The notes beneath the pieces are model-generated. The model had not been told where the DNA came from, made no database searches, and saw only the letters and a program-made list of their open reading frames with translations. A DNA stretch of 64,000 nt from Octopus vulgaris (taxonomy: Eukaryota), in contig OX597818.1 in the NCBI GenBank assembly GCA_951406725.2, positions 120,032,001 to 120,096,000 of the forward strand, read 5' to 3'. A program made the translations under genes and the position numbers. Positions 1 through 12,525 of the stretch are shown one piece after another (position 1 is the stretch's first letter; the number at the start of each line of letters is the position of its first letter).

Positions 1-70
1 TAGTACGCACTAGGGATTTTGACCTGTAAATTTTGGGAAAAAAATGCAAATAATACTCAAGGATTTACGG

Positions 71-111
<41 letters not shown>

Positions 112-182
112 AATATCAGGGAATAAATCCAAACTTACAGGGAAAAATCAGATTTAGGATTGAATCCAATTTTATATTATAT

Positions 183-226
183 TAAATTTGAAGATGTTAG
201 CAGGCATGAAACGATCGTAGTGTGAT
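183..226 (+). ncRNA. Degenerate hammerhead-like motif
   Basis: TTGAAGA tgttagcaggcat GAAA CGATCG T A: palindromic helix III intact, but C3 and helix I mutated. Confidence 0.35.
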
Positions 227-1056
227 ATTAATTATATTTTTTTAATAATTTTGTTATATATTTAAATAATATAAATTAATCATATGTATTGGCTTAAGTT
301 TTTCATTGTTTGATTTGCCTAATAGTGGTTTTGTCTCTAATTTAATATAATATATATTTATATATATAAAACCTATGCAGTAGAGAAATATACTGAGCAA
401 ATTTAATTATTTCTCTGTAAATTGGACAAAAAAATTATGAACAACTTAAACTGATTTCAAACCTTTTTGGACTCTCATCAGGTGAGTCTATATCCATTTC
501 ACCAATTCCACAGAAACGAACAGCCCATTCTGTTTATCCAGTAGCTCCACATAACTAGGGCTCCTTATTTGCATACTGCAAATGTCTGACACTTTATTCA
601 ATAACAGGGGGGACACACACACACATATGCAGACAGAAAGAAGGAAAGACAGGAACAAAGAAAGAAAGAAAGAATGAAAGAAAGAAAGGAAGGAAGAAAG
701 AAAGAGTGATTATTGATACAATGGTGTAAGGCTGTGAGTGCAGGTGACATATTTTACATATGCTTGGCAATCTCTCTAGAGCTGATACCATTAATAAAAT
801 TTTTCACCATTGTACTTTGTAAAGTGGTGGGCATTAGGAAAGGATCCAGCTGTAGAAATCATGCACAAAAGAGAAGTCATACATGTGAAAATGTGATCTG
901 TGACCAATGAGAACTGACTCGGACTGTGATGACATGTCCAACCCATGCCAGTATGGAAATGGAAAGCAGACGGACAATTATGATGATGATGATCATAGGG
1001 ATATATATATATATATATGTCATCATCATGTCTGCTTGTGTATCTGTTTGTGTATA

Positions 1057-1087
<31 letters not shown>

Positions 1088-1253
1088 GTATATATATATA
1101 TGTATTTATATTTATACTTAAGTATGATTCCAGTAAAAACCTTGTAGAATGTTATGCAAGGCTCATCCACAGTTATTGGCTACCTGATGTCATCATACAG
1201 TAGAAATGCACCTGCTACTAGATCTACATCAGGAATTCCACAATATCTGTAGA

Positions 1254-1298
<45 letters not shown>

Positions 1299-3285
1299 CA
1301 TAATATATAAATGTATATATGCATATGTGCCTGCATGTGTGTGTGTGTGTAGTGTATACAAAAAGAATCCAGACCTGGTACTGATAGTCTTTGAAAAAGA
1401 CATAGCTATAACAAAGTTTGATAGTAGTTCACAAACATAACAATAACTAGAAAAACACCAATAATGTTAGATTTCTATAATAATGATGATATTTATAATA
1501 AATACAGTGACTTGTTTTTCTCTTCTCAAGGCATAATTTAACAAATATTGTATAGTAGAGCCATTTGTTGTATGTGTGTCCATATACATTTGTATATGTG
1601 GAGAGGTATTGGATTTTGTTACTTTGTTACTTTTGCAAAGCCAATAGTAATGCCATTCTCATGTTTTCCAGCATGTAAGAAGATTTTACATGAGTGCTCA
1701 ATGAGTTAGAAGTAGCAACCAAATCTGCTTTAAATGATTCCCGTTTATTGTCTGAAGTAAGGAATAATCATATTAGCCAACGCAGTTCAAATATAAAAAC
1801 CTTAAAAGTACAAAATGGTCACAGCTGGAATGACTCTGATCATAGGCCTATTCAATCAGGGTTAACCCAGGGTTAAACAACAACAACAATAACATAACAG
1901 CAACAACAACAACAACATCAATAACTTGGCTTCTGGAAGATTTCCTTAGAATATTCAACTAATAATGATTTCTTTCAATGAAGCATAAGGCAAAATTTTC
2001 GTATTGAGGTGGGTTTGAATTATTTTTTATGTGTGAGTGCTTTAAGTCTGATTTAACAAATAATGATGCCATGGTTTACAGGTTTATAATAGCAAGAATA
2101 ACAAGGGAGTATCTGTTACTCAGTGTATAGCAAATATCACTGGGGACTTTGCCCACAGGATACCAATTACTTCACTTTTCTTGACCATATACACCAGCAA
2201 AAGATACTCACTTATTTACATGTATGTATGTATGTATGTATGTATGTATGTATGCATGTATGTATGTACGTATGTATACATATATATATATATATGTGTG
2301 TGTATGATAGTATTGAACAGTAAGGATGAGTGGTCAACACCATATTTAGTGGATAAATATTTGTGGATTAACAATGCTACCAATGGTTTCATGCGGAAAG
2401 ATTTCCCACAATTTTCAAGCAATCCACTTAAAAATGCTGGTAATTGTCTAGATCACTTAAACATTGTGGATATTTTTACTATATGAAACCATTGGTAGCA
2501 TTGTTAATCCACAAATAAAAAATACATATATACACATACACATACTTGTTTAATATATCTATATATATATAAAACAAAATGTTGATCTATCCAAGGGTAT
2601 GGTAGAAGATACTTGCCCAAGGCATCATGCAGGTTTGAAACTGGAACCACATGATCATGGAGCAAACTTCTTAACCACCCAAGTTAAAATCCTGAAATGG
2701 ACAAATATGGCCCATGTGGCACAGTAACCTGGCTAGAACTCATTTATCAGTGTCCACAGAGTTGGTTCAAATTTAGGCGCAAACCCAGCAATGTTAAGTG
2801 AAAGGGAGTTAGTTGATACTACTAACTCCACAACTTTACTAGTATCTTATTTGATTGACTTCAGAGGGACTAAAACCAAAGTTAATTTTGAAGGGATTAG
2901 AAATGAGATTGCAAAACACACTATTATCAACTTCCAGATATCAGTTATAATTATTTTTGATAATAATAATAATTTATAACAAAACCAAAAATTTAGGGAG
3001 AAGGATGGGTCGATTTTACTGACCCTAGAACTTGACTGATACTTTATTTTAGCAAACCTGGAAAAAAAAAATGGGTAAAGTTGATCTCAGCTGGGCTTGA
3101 ACTTAGTATATAAAGAGACGGAACAAATACTGCATTTTGTCTAAAATACTAATAATTCTGCTATTGCCCTACGTTCAGGCAATAACTATTTCAAATTTTG
3201 GGAGGAAGGGAGTTAGTCGATTACATAGACCCTAAAGGAACAAAAGGCAAAATTGATGTTGGCCAAATTTGCCACCCTCTGTTTC

Positions 3286-3317
<32 letters not shown>

Positions 3318-3544
3318 TATAATAATCCTTTCTACTAAAGGCACAAGGCCTGAAATTTGTGGGAGGGGATCAGTCGATTACATCAACCCCAGTGTTTCAC
3401 TGGTACTTAATTTATTGATCCTGAAAGGATGAAAGGCAAAGTCAACCTTGGCTGAATTTGAACTCAGAATGTAGCGACGGGCAAAATGCCACTAAGAATT
3501 TTGTCCAGCGTGCTAACAATTCTGCCAGCTCACTGTCTTCTTTT

Positions 3545-3580
<36 letters not shown>

Positions 3581-3797
3581 GTTTCAAATTTTGCCACAAG
3601 GGCAGCTGTTTTGGGGAAGGGGTTTAAGACGATTATATCGACCCCAGTGCACAACTGGTACTTATTTTATCGACCCCAAAAGGGATGAAAGGCAAAGTGA
3701 ACCTCGGCAGAATTTGATCTCAGAATGTAGCGATGGACAAAATACTGCTAAGCATCTCGTCCACTGTGACAACGACTCCGCCAGCTCTCCACCTTCT

Positions 3798-3854
<57 letters not shown>

Positions 3855-5290
3855 GACTAAAGTCACATGATATGGGAATTCCAGCACCCATGACAGATGA
3901 AATTCATTTTACCACAATCTATGTGTGTGCTTTTATGAACCAAGCGCCTATATGAAAGGATCCCTGAAGACTAATGCAGTATTTGATGTTCTAACAAGAC
4001 GTTTGATATAAAGATTAACTTTTGGTATTAAAACTGCTTTTGTTGTTAATAATTAATTTTTAATAATAATAATAATAATAGTAGTAGTAGTCGTAGTAAA
4101 TTACATTTTTATTAGCTGTTGGGGCCCAAGACATGAAAAACCATACAAGGACAAGAAACATGGTGAGGGCTTACATTAAATGACAAGAAAGTGAAGTCAA
4201 CAGAAGCAACAGATAAAAATATAATGTCAACAAGGAAAGTTCCCCCAGAAGGGAGATGAAACCACTGAAAATATATTCAGGGTAAAACCCATCACGAAGT
4301 GTGGTTTGCTCTGATGTATCAAATACATCAAAATGCCCCCTCCTGGGTTCTTGTATCCTGTTTATAATTGCATAATCAGAGTATATAACCATTTAGACTT
4401 ATCAAAATCACTATTCTTACCCATCTTTCTCAAATCATAGTAGAGGGCAGCACCTCTCTCTCTCTACTCCCACTGCTCTCTTCAAGTGGTCCTTGAAAAA
4501 GCTGATGAGGGCTTAGCCAGAAAGGAAAAGCCTCATTCCTAGAACTTTGAACCACTCACACCTCACTACTTCGTTCACCATAGCCACTGAGCAGAGGAAG
4601 ACCAGCAGCCTGTTCTTGCATAAGGAGACTGGCTGGTCAACCAATAATGATAATAATAACAACAACAATAATAATAATAATGATGATTTCAAATTTTTAC
4701 CACAAGGGTAGCTTGTTGGTGAGGATTAAGTTGATTACATCAACCCCCAGTGTGTAACTGGTACTTATTTAATCGACCCTGAAAGGATGAAAGGCAAAGT
4801 CAACCTCAGTGGAATTTGAACTCGGAAGATAGCTGCAGGCGAAATACTGCTAAGCATTTTGCCTGGCGTGCTAACAATTCTGCCAGCTCACCATCTTATA
4901 ATAATAATAATAATAATAATAATTACAACAATAACAATAATAATGACGATGATGGTGATGATGACATTTCTGGTTGAGACCTGGGTACAGCTTGTATAAA
5001 TTAAAACAAAACCAAAACATAATGATAATAATAATGTTTTCTGATTTAGGCACAGGGCCAGATTTTTTGAGGGGAGGGTTTTAGTCGATACCATTGACCC
5101 TAATGCTAGCAGAGTACTTTATTTTATTGACTTTGGAAGGATGAAAGGCAAGGTTAACTGCATGGGATTTGAACTCAACCCTGAAAAGATGAAAGGCAAC
5201 GCTGACCTTGGCAGAGTTTGAACTCAGAATGGAAAGATGGACATCATGAGGCAAAGCATTTTGCCTGGCATGCTAACAATTCTGCCAGCC

Positions 5291-5326
<36 letters not shown>

Positions 5327-5628
5327 GTAATAATAACAACAACAATAGTAATAATTTTCAACTAGCAGTAACCATACCTCGGATAACCCTCATTGGCTAT
5401 GATACTGCCACTTCAAATTAGGCCCAAAGCCAGAAATTTTGAGGGGAAGGGCAGTTAATTGGTTACACTGACTTCAGTACTTGACTGGTTCTTTATTTCA
5501 TCCACCTCAAAGGATGAAAAATAAAGCTGACCTCAGTGGGATTTGAACTCAGAATGTATAAAACAGTAGAACAAATACCACAAGGCAATTTTTTCTGGTG
5601 CTCGAACGATTCTGCCAATCCACTGATC

Positions 5629-5858
5629 TTTAATCCTTTAGCCTTTAATGCAGCCATATTCGGCTTAAAATTTTCTACCATTTTTATGTTAAAAGTGGCC
5701 AGGTCCAGCCTCTTGCACCTACCCTACAATGTCGTTCTAAAAATAAACAATCACATCAGTGAAATCTCAAAGGTATGAGATAATGTATGATTAATTCAAA
5801 TGAATGCAAATAAACAAATATTATATTTGATAGAATAACCCGAATGCTAAACGGTTAA
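5629..5858. mobile_element. Second piggyBac-type MITE family (ttaaccctttagcattcaga... termini)
   Basis: TTAA-bounded ends; related copies at 27791-28017 and 36275-37020. Confidence 0.6.
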
Positions 5859-6719
5859 AAATAAAAATAGCAACCTTGATATCTTGAGAAGGGCCGTTAC
5901 CCAAAGAATCTAGGATTAGTTGAGCCAGGTGGTGGTAGTAGTGGTGGTGATGGTGGTGGCAGTGGTAGTGGTGGTGGAGGGCAGCAAAGGGCTCAACGTT
6001 GCTAATGTTTTGAACGAACTGTGTCTTTGCTTGTTAAGCAAAATGAATAGTTTTATGTTGCTGAGTGGCTAAGTGAAAGAACACTGAGCTGGTTAAGAAC
6101 AAAATGCTTTTTCCTGGTGCTAACCATAGGTTTCTTGAGTCCATTTCTAAGTTGTCATGGAACCGTAATGCTAAGCAAGAAGTTGTGTTGCTAGGCAAAT
6201 GGTATTTTATGTTGCTAACCTATAGGACTGTGCTTCAAAGCACGAAACCCGTTTCTATTGCTAATCATATGCTTCTTGTTCCAATTGCTAAGTAATATTT
6301 TTATGTTGCTAAATGTGTGGCTGGACCTATGTTGCTATTGAAAGAACTCTATGTTGTTTAGCAACAAAATATTTTGTGCTGAATACTGTATACTTTTTTA
6401 AAAATTTTTATTATCTATTAAGTTGTCATGGAATTGTATTGCTAAGCAGCAAAACTGTGTTGGTTGGCAAAGCAATTTTACTTTGTTGCTAGCTAAAATC
6501 TATTGGTGTTGCTAAATAGCAATATTGCTATATCACTATGTCAGTTGTTGTCGAATAACAATATTTCTGCATGATGTACACTGGTTAAGAGTTCCATGTT
6601 TAACACATGGGTCTCTATCAAAATATACTTGTGTGTTTTAGCATTTGAGGCCCTAAACCAACCATGTGAGAGGGTAAAGGTATCGACTACAGTTTAATAA
6701 TATTTAAAAATTAGAAATT

Positions 6720-7229
6720 TCTTTCCTGCTTGTCATTTTCAATTTATTTATTTATTTATTCATTTATTTCATTTATTTACGCTATAGTAATTCATTTGGT
6801 TGATTATAAAAACATATAATTCGTAATTGTAAAAAATAAGGAGTAAAAAAAAAGTTCTTTCAGAGTCATTCCATTTCTTATAATTATATTTACTGGACAC
6901 AGCATTGCATGAATTTGCAATTTAAATAAAAAAATTAAACAAATAAATAAACAAAAAAAAACACAAGAAATGTCATCAACAATGATGTTGTTATTTATAT
7001 ATGACAGACTGTTGTTTGTAGTTTTTGTTGTTCAAGTGGCTATAGTTGTCGCAGTAGGTTCTTTCTTCATATTTTCTTCTTTCTTACTTTCTTTTTAAAT
7101 TTTTTTTGTAAAAAAAAATCTTAAGCTTTTTTCTTTTTTTTCTTTTTCTTTTTCCTTTATATTCTTAGCAAAGAAAACACAACAGACCAGTCGGAAACAA
7201 TTACAAAGGAGAAGAGCAGCAAATTAGTC
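6720..7229 (-). other. Probable terminal non-coding (3'-UTR) exon of the tetraspanin
   Basis: Strong acceptor tttttttcccaacag|gactaa at 7230, repeat-free AU-rich sequence, and clustered AATAAA (plus-strand tttatt at ~6743-6777). The 3' end is approximate. Confidence 0.55.
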
Positions 7230-8279
7230 CTGTTGGGAAAAAAAAAAAATATATATATTATATGTATATATTATATATAACAGTGTTGCGTCTTATGGGT
7301 GGGTCATAATGCCAAAGATAATGATACACAAGTTTGATTTCACTTCTTTATTGTTAGTCAATTGGTTAAATGTCACCATGTCACTGAAAAGGTCACAAAT
7401 GGTGATGAAAGAACTTTGACCTACAAACAACCAATTTATTGTTTAACCAGCAGATCAAACAAACAATCAATTAGTTAGTTGGTGAGACATCTAATGAAGT
7501 GATTAACTATAAAGAAGTGGAATTGAATCTGTGTGTGTGATATTATTGGTATAATAACCCTTCCAAGACACAACAAAATCTGTTTCAATACATAAAAAAT
7601 CTTGCAAACCAAATATAAAAACTATGTTATATATGATATATTCTAATAAATATGTGTAAACGGGGTCAGGGGAGAAAAGTAAGGTCAAATTAAAGTGTAA
7701 AAAGATCTGGTAAATAAGTAAGAATGGATGGCAGGGAAAACTATGAAGACGTGGGGTTTAAGGGAAAACGTAAAACAAGAGGGGATCGTTGGTAAAAAGT
7801 CAGATAAAATGAAATGGTTCCAGTAAATCAGTAGGGGCTAGGGAAAACAATGAATGAAATGGGATTAAGGGGAAAATGTGAAAATGTTAGTGTGCATGTG
7901 TGTAGGAGATAGTGGTCACATATAAAAGTGATACCAGAAGAAAATAGAGAAAATTTGAGTTCGGGGCCAGGAGAAAGAAGAATGAAATGGGATCAAGGGG
8001 AAAATGTGACAATGTTAATGTGCATGTGTGTAGGAGGTGGTGGTCACACCAGAAGAAAATAGAGAGTAAATACAAAAAAATTTGAGTTCAAGTAAAAAAA
8101 AGTGGAGCCAGGAGAAAGAAATGAGGTTGTGTAAAAAAAATAAGGTTCAAGGGAAAAGTTGGGATCTTTCCAGTTTTATCTTTTATCTTTTACTTGCTTC
8201 AGTCATTGGACTGTAGTCATGCTGGGGCAATTCCTTCAAAGGTTTTTTAATCAAATGTATTGATCCCAGCACTTATTCC

Positions 8280-8555
8280 AGTTCTATATTTAAGAGATGA
8301 GGAATTATGTATATTATTTACATTATTTTTATTTGACGGATATTTGTCCTCATCTTGTTTGTAAACACAATGTTTTGGCTGATATACCCTCCAGCCTTCA
8401 TCAGGTGTCTTCAGGAAATTTAGGAATGAGAACCCAGGTTCGAAATTTCCCCAAGACACCGAATGAAGGTTGGAGGGTGTATCAGCTGAAACGTTGTGTT
8501 AACAATAAACAAGATAAGGACAAATATCTGCCAAATGTAAATAATGTAAATGATG
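8280..8555. mobile_element. Same SINE family, inverted pair of 5'-truncated copies
   Basis: Minus arm ~8280-8420 and plus arm ~8421-8555, both with the aggctggagggtatatcagc hammerhead segment. Confidence 0.75.
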
Positions 8556-9683
8556 TAACAGCATTTATTGATTTTCAAATCTGGTACTTATTCTATCAGT
8601 CTCTTTTTGCTAAACCACTAAGTCATGGGGATGTAAACAAATCTACACTTGTCAAGTGGTGGTAGGGGACAAACAAACAAACAAACAAACACACACACAC
8701 ACACACACATAGTGGGCTATTTTCAGTCTCTGTCTACCAAATCCACTCACAAGGCTTTGGTTGGTCTGAGGCTATAGTAAAAGACATTCACCTAAGATGC
8801 CATGCAGAAGGACTGAACCCAGAACCATGTGGTTAGAACACAAACTTCTAAGCAAACAGTTATGCCTGGTTCAGGAGAGAGAAAAAATGAGTTTGAGTGA
8901 AAAAATGGGAGTCAAAAGACAAAAGTGGGAAATGGGTGAGTGAAAAGTGAGATCAGGTGAAACATAAGTAATGGTTGTTGTCCATGTCTCTAAAGATAAC
9001 TGGATTAGCAGCTTTATTCTTTGTAGGTCTTGAGGTGGGTCATTTGGCCAATTTTGGCATAAAACTCATGGTTACAGTGAGGCAGAGTCAAAATCCAGTG
9101 AGACTCTTGCTTTTTGTGTAACTTAGCCCCTTTCTAGTTTCTCTGATAATTTGTGAAGGAGTTTGGGAAATACTGAAATCTAGTGTAAAAGTGAGGTGAA
9201 AAATAAAACAAGAAGTTCAGGTCAGATGATTAAAATGAGGTTAGATGAAAAGGAGGGTAAGGTGAAAAAGTGAATTCAAATGACAAAGTAGGGTCAAGTG
9301 TGATAGGGTCTGGTAAAATATTGAGGTTTGGTGATACGGTAGTTGGGTGAAAAAGTGTAATCACAGGGAGGAAAAAGTAAGGTCAAGCAAGAAAAAAAAA
9401 ATCGGGTAAGGTCTGACTTGAGTTATATTTAGCTGAGCGATTACATATTTATAATGGTGATAAATAACCCATATATGCTCATGAAAAAAAATGAAGTTTA
9501 AAATTTCACTGTAACATAAAATAAAGATTGCTTGCCAACATAAAATGGCAGTTCTGGTTTAGGACTAATGTTGCTGTAATTTAGCCCCAGGAGACATTGT
9601 CTCCAGCTGGCTATATGACACGATCTGTGTCCTTATATTTTCGAACAAGGGAATCTAGCACCCCCACTCAGCTCAAAACAATA

Positions 9684-9728
9684 TCTGTGTATCGCGATTT
9701 CTGGGTTATTTCCCTTCATCAGCACAGA
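9684..9728 (-). ncRNA. Minimal type-I hammerhead ribozyme in the tetraspanin 3'-UTR intron (sense strand)
   Basis: tctgtg CTGATGA aggg aaataa ccca GAAA tcgcga T A cacaga: 6-bp helix I, helix II ggg/ccc, palindromic helix III ATCGCGAT, UA cleavage site. Confidence 0.75.
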
Positions 9729-9846
9729 ATAACTGTTTGACGAGAGGTGGCGCTGCCAAATTCCCATTTGAAATATATAGTATTCAAATTCATAAATTAG
9801 AAAATTTTCTAATATCAAATAAATGTGATTGCATCTTACCTGGCAT

Positions 9847-9903
9847 CTATGCTACTTCTCGAAGTGAACAGCAAAGTATCATTGAGAATATCATTCCCAG
9901 AAT
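9847..9903 (-). CDS. CD9: Tetraspanin last coding exon (end of TM4, cytoplasmic tail, TAG)
   Basis: tttttacag|ATT CTG GGA ATG ATA TTC TCA ATG ATA CTT TGC TGT TCA CTT CGA GAA GTA GCA TAG atgccag|gtaaga; the exon runs 7 nt past the stop, to 9840. Confidence 0.93.
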   Translation of the reverse strand: MLGMIFSMILCCSLREVA

Positions 9904-12479
9904 CTGTAAAAATTTAAAATAAATGAAAATGTAAATAAATAGATAGATCTCTCGATATATAAATGGCAAAATATCTGTCTGTGTGTGTGTCCTTTATACA
10001 AATCCACAATTTTTCAGTTAGAGGGCTCGCACTTTCTATGGTCATTCAAAACTGTCCAAGGGTGGTCGTGCACATCTTTACATTTCTCCAGTCACCCTGC
10101 AAAGCCATTAAAAATTCTAGAGAACTGACTTTTTTGTGAATTTTCTATCCAAAACCCAATCAAAATGCCCGAAACTTGATACGCCAATTGAATGCCAGAT
10201 AGCTGTATGTGATTGGTCGGAGATTTGGACAGTACTCGCGTGTATGTGCACATGCACGCAGCTGTATATGCATGCACTAGCACTAGTTTTATATAAAACC
10301 AGTGCTAGTTTTATATAAAACCAGATCATTGGCTGATTGGGTCCACAGGGTCAAAACTGCTTTTGACCCCATCCAATCAGCCCAATCAATGTGGTTGTTT
10401 GATTTGCTAGACATGAGACCTTTGCATGAGACAATTTGCTGCGCTTGAGAAGACACTTTAAGCCAAATAAAATCGTAGTTGTGACCAGTGCCGATGACAC
10501 ATAAAGGGCACCTGTGCTGGTAACACGTAAAGGACATCCAGCCATAGAAACCAAGCCAAATCCGACTGGAGCCTGATACAGCTCTCCAGCTTACCAATCC
10601 CAGTCAAGTCATGACAGCACGGAAAATGGATGCTAAATAATAATGATGATGATGATGATGAACCAAATTGCTTTCCCTGCATATTATGCAGTTACTCAGC
10701 TGGCTAAAAATAGCTGCATAATTCACCTTTAAATAAATCAAACTCCATTATATCCCATTGTCTATGAAAAGGTAGCACATATTTGGATATTGTGGAGGCG
10801 CAATGGCCCAGTGGTTAGGGCAGCGGACTCGCGGTCGTAGGATCGCGGTTTCGATTCCCAGACCGGGCGTTGTGAGTGTTTATTGAGCGAAAACACCTAT
10901 AGCTCCACGAGGCTCCGGCAGGGATGGTGGTGATCCCTGCTGTACTCTTTCACCACAACTTTCTCTCACTCTTACTTCCTGTTTCTGTTGTACCTGTATT
11001 TCAAGGGGCCGGCCTTGTCACGCTGAATATCCCTGAGAACTACGTTAAGGGTACACGTGTCTGTGGAGTGCTCAGCCACTTACACTTTAATTTCACAAGC
11101 AGGCTGTTCCATTGATCGGATCAACCGGAACCCTCGTCGTCGTAACCGACAGAGTGCTTCCATCCATTTGGATATTATAACCCATAATAGATAATTTTCT
11201 GGGGTGGTCACAACAGGAAAGGCTTCAACCATCAATCTGTTCGATATGTTGGGCTGACCTATGTTTAAGTACTCACACTATCTTTCAAAAAACAATAACA
11301 TAAAAAATGTGGAGAATACACTGGATAAATAATCCTAAATATCCCTGCAGAAGATGGAAGCGTCATGGTTGGCACATCTTTGATCATAGCTTAGCCTCTG
11401 TGTGTGTGTGTAGAATTGTTAGGGTTGTTTAGCCCTAGGTGTGACTCAGAGCATACCAACCACAACACCACTACACACACACATTCACACACACACATTC
11501 ACACACACACATTCACACACACACACATTCATACACACACATGCACGTACACACACACACACACACACACACACTTATACACATACATGCACATACACGC
11601 ACACATGTACATACACACACATGCACATATACACACACACACTGATACACATATGTACATACACACACATTGATACACACATATGTACATACACACACAC
11701 ACACATGCACATATACACACACACACTCATACACACATGCACACGTGCGTGCACACACATGCACATACACACACACATACACCCGTTGATTCCAAGTTAA
11801 AGTCTCCTACCATGACAATGGCAATACCAATGGCGACACCTGCAATGATAACCATGTAGTCTGTGAAGAACTCTGTCAACTTGTTTTTGCACGGCTGAAA
11901 GAGAAACAGAAGAGAGATAGTTACATAAGACATCACTGGACTGTGGCCATGCTGGGGCACTTCCTTGAAGGGTTTATTTGAACAAATTGACCCCAGAGAT
12001 ATTTTTCTGTAATTTAATTCTTTTCACAGTATACAGAAAAATAATACTTCAGAATACTCCATGCTCTCAAGTACTGTGATAGACATTGGAGAAAGTTAGT
12101 GATTGGAAAAATAATTAATTTAGTGTAATTATGTTAATTAGTATAGTATTCTGAAAAATGCCTGAAAAAAATAATCTAAAGGTAATATTTTAGTTTAGTT
12201 TTTTTTATTATTTTATTTGTTTCAGTCATTTGACTGCCATGCTGGAGCAGCACTGTGTTTAGTCGAACTTATTCTTTGGAAACCTAATAATTATTCTATC
12301 ACTCTCTTTTGCTGAACCACTAAGTTATGGGGACCTAAACACACCAACAACGGTTGTTAAGTGATGGTGGGGAGATAAACAGACACACAAACATATACAT
12401 ACATATATATACATATACATAGTCCAACCCATGCTAGCATGGAGAACGGACGTTAAACGACGATGATGATGATGATGAC

Positions 12480-12525
<46 letters not shown>

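Noticed and set aside
451-487. Minus-strand CTGATGA...GAAA motif
   Set aside because: Helix II is weak and helices I and III do not form; at best a dead remnant.
4497-4535. CTGATGA gggc tta gcca GAAA hammerhead-like core
   Set aside because: No helix III, cleavage triplet or helix I partner follows.
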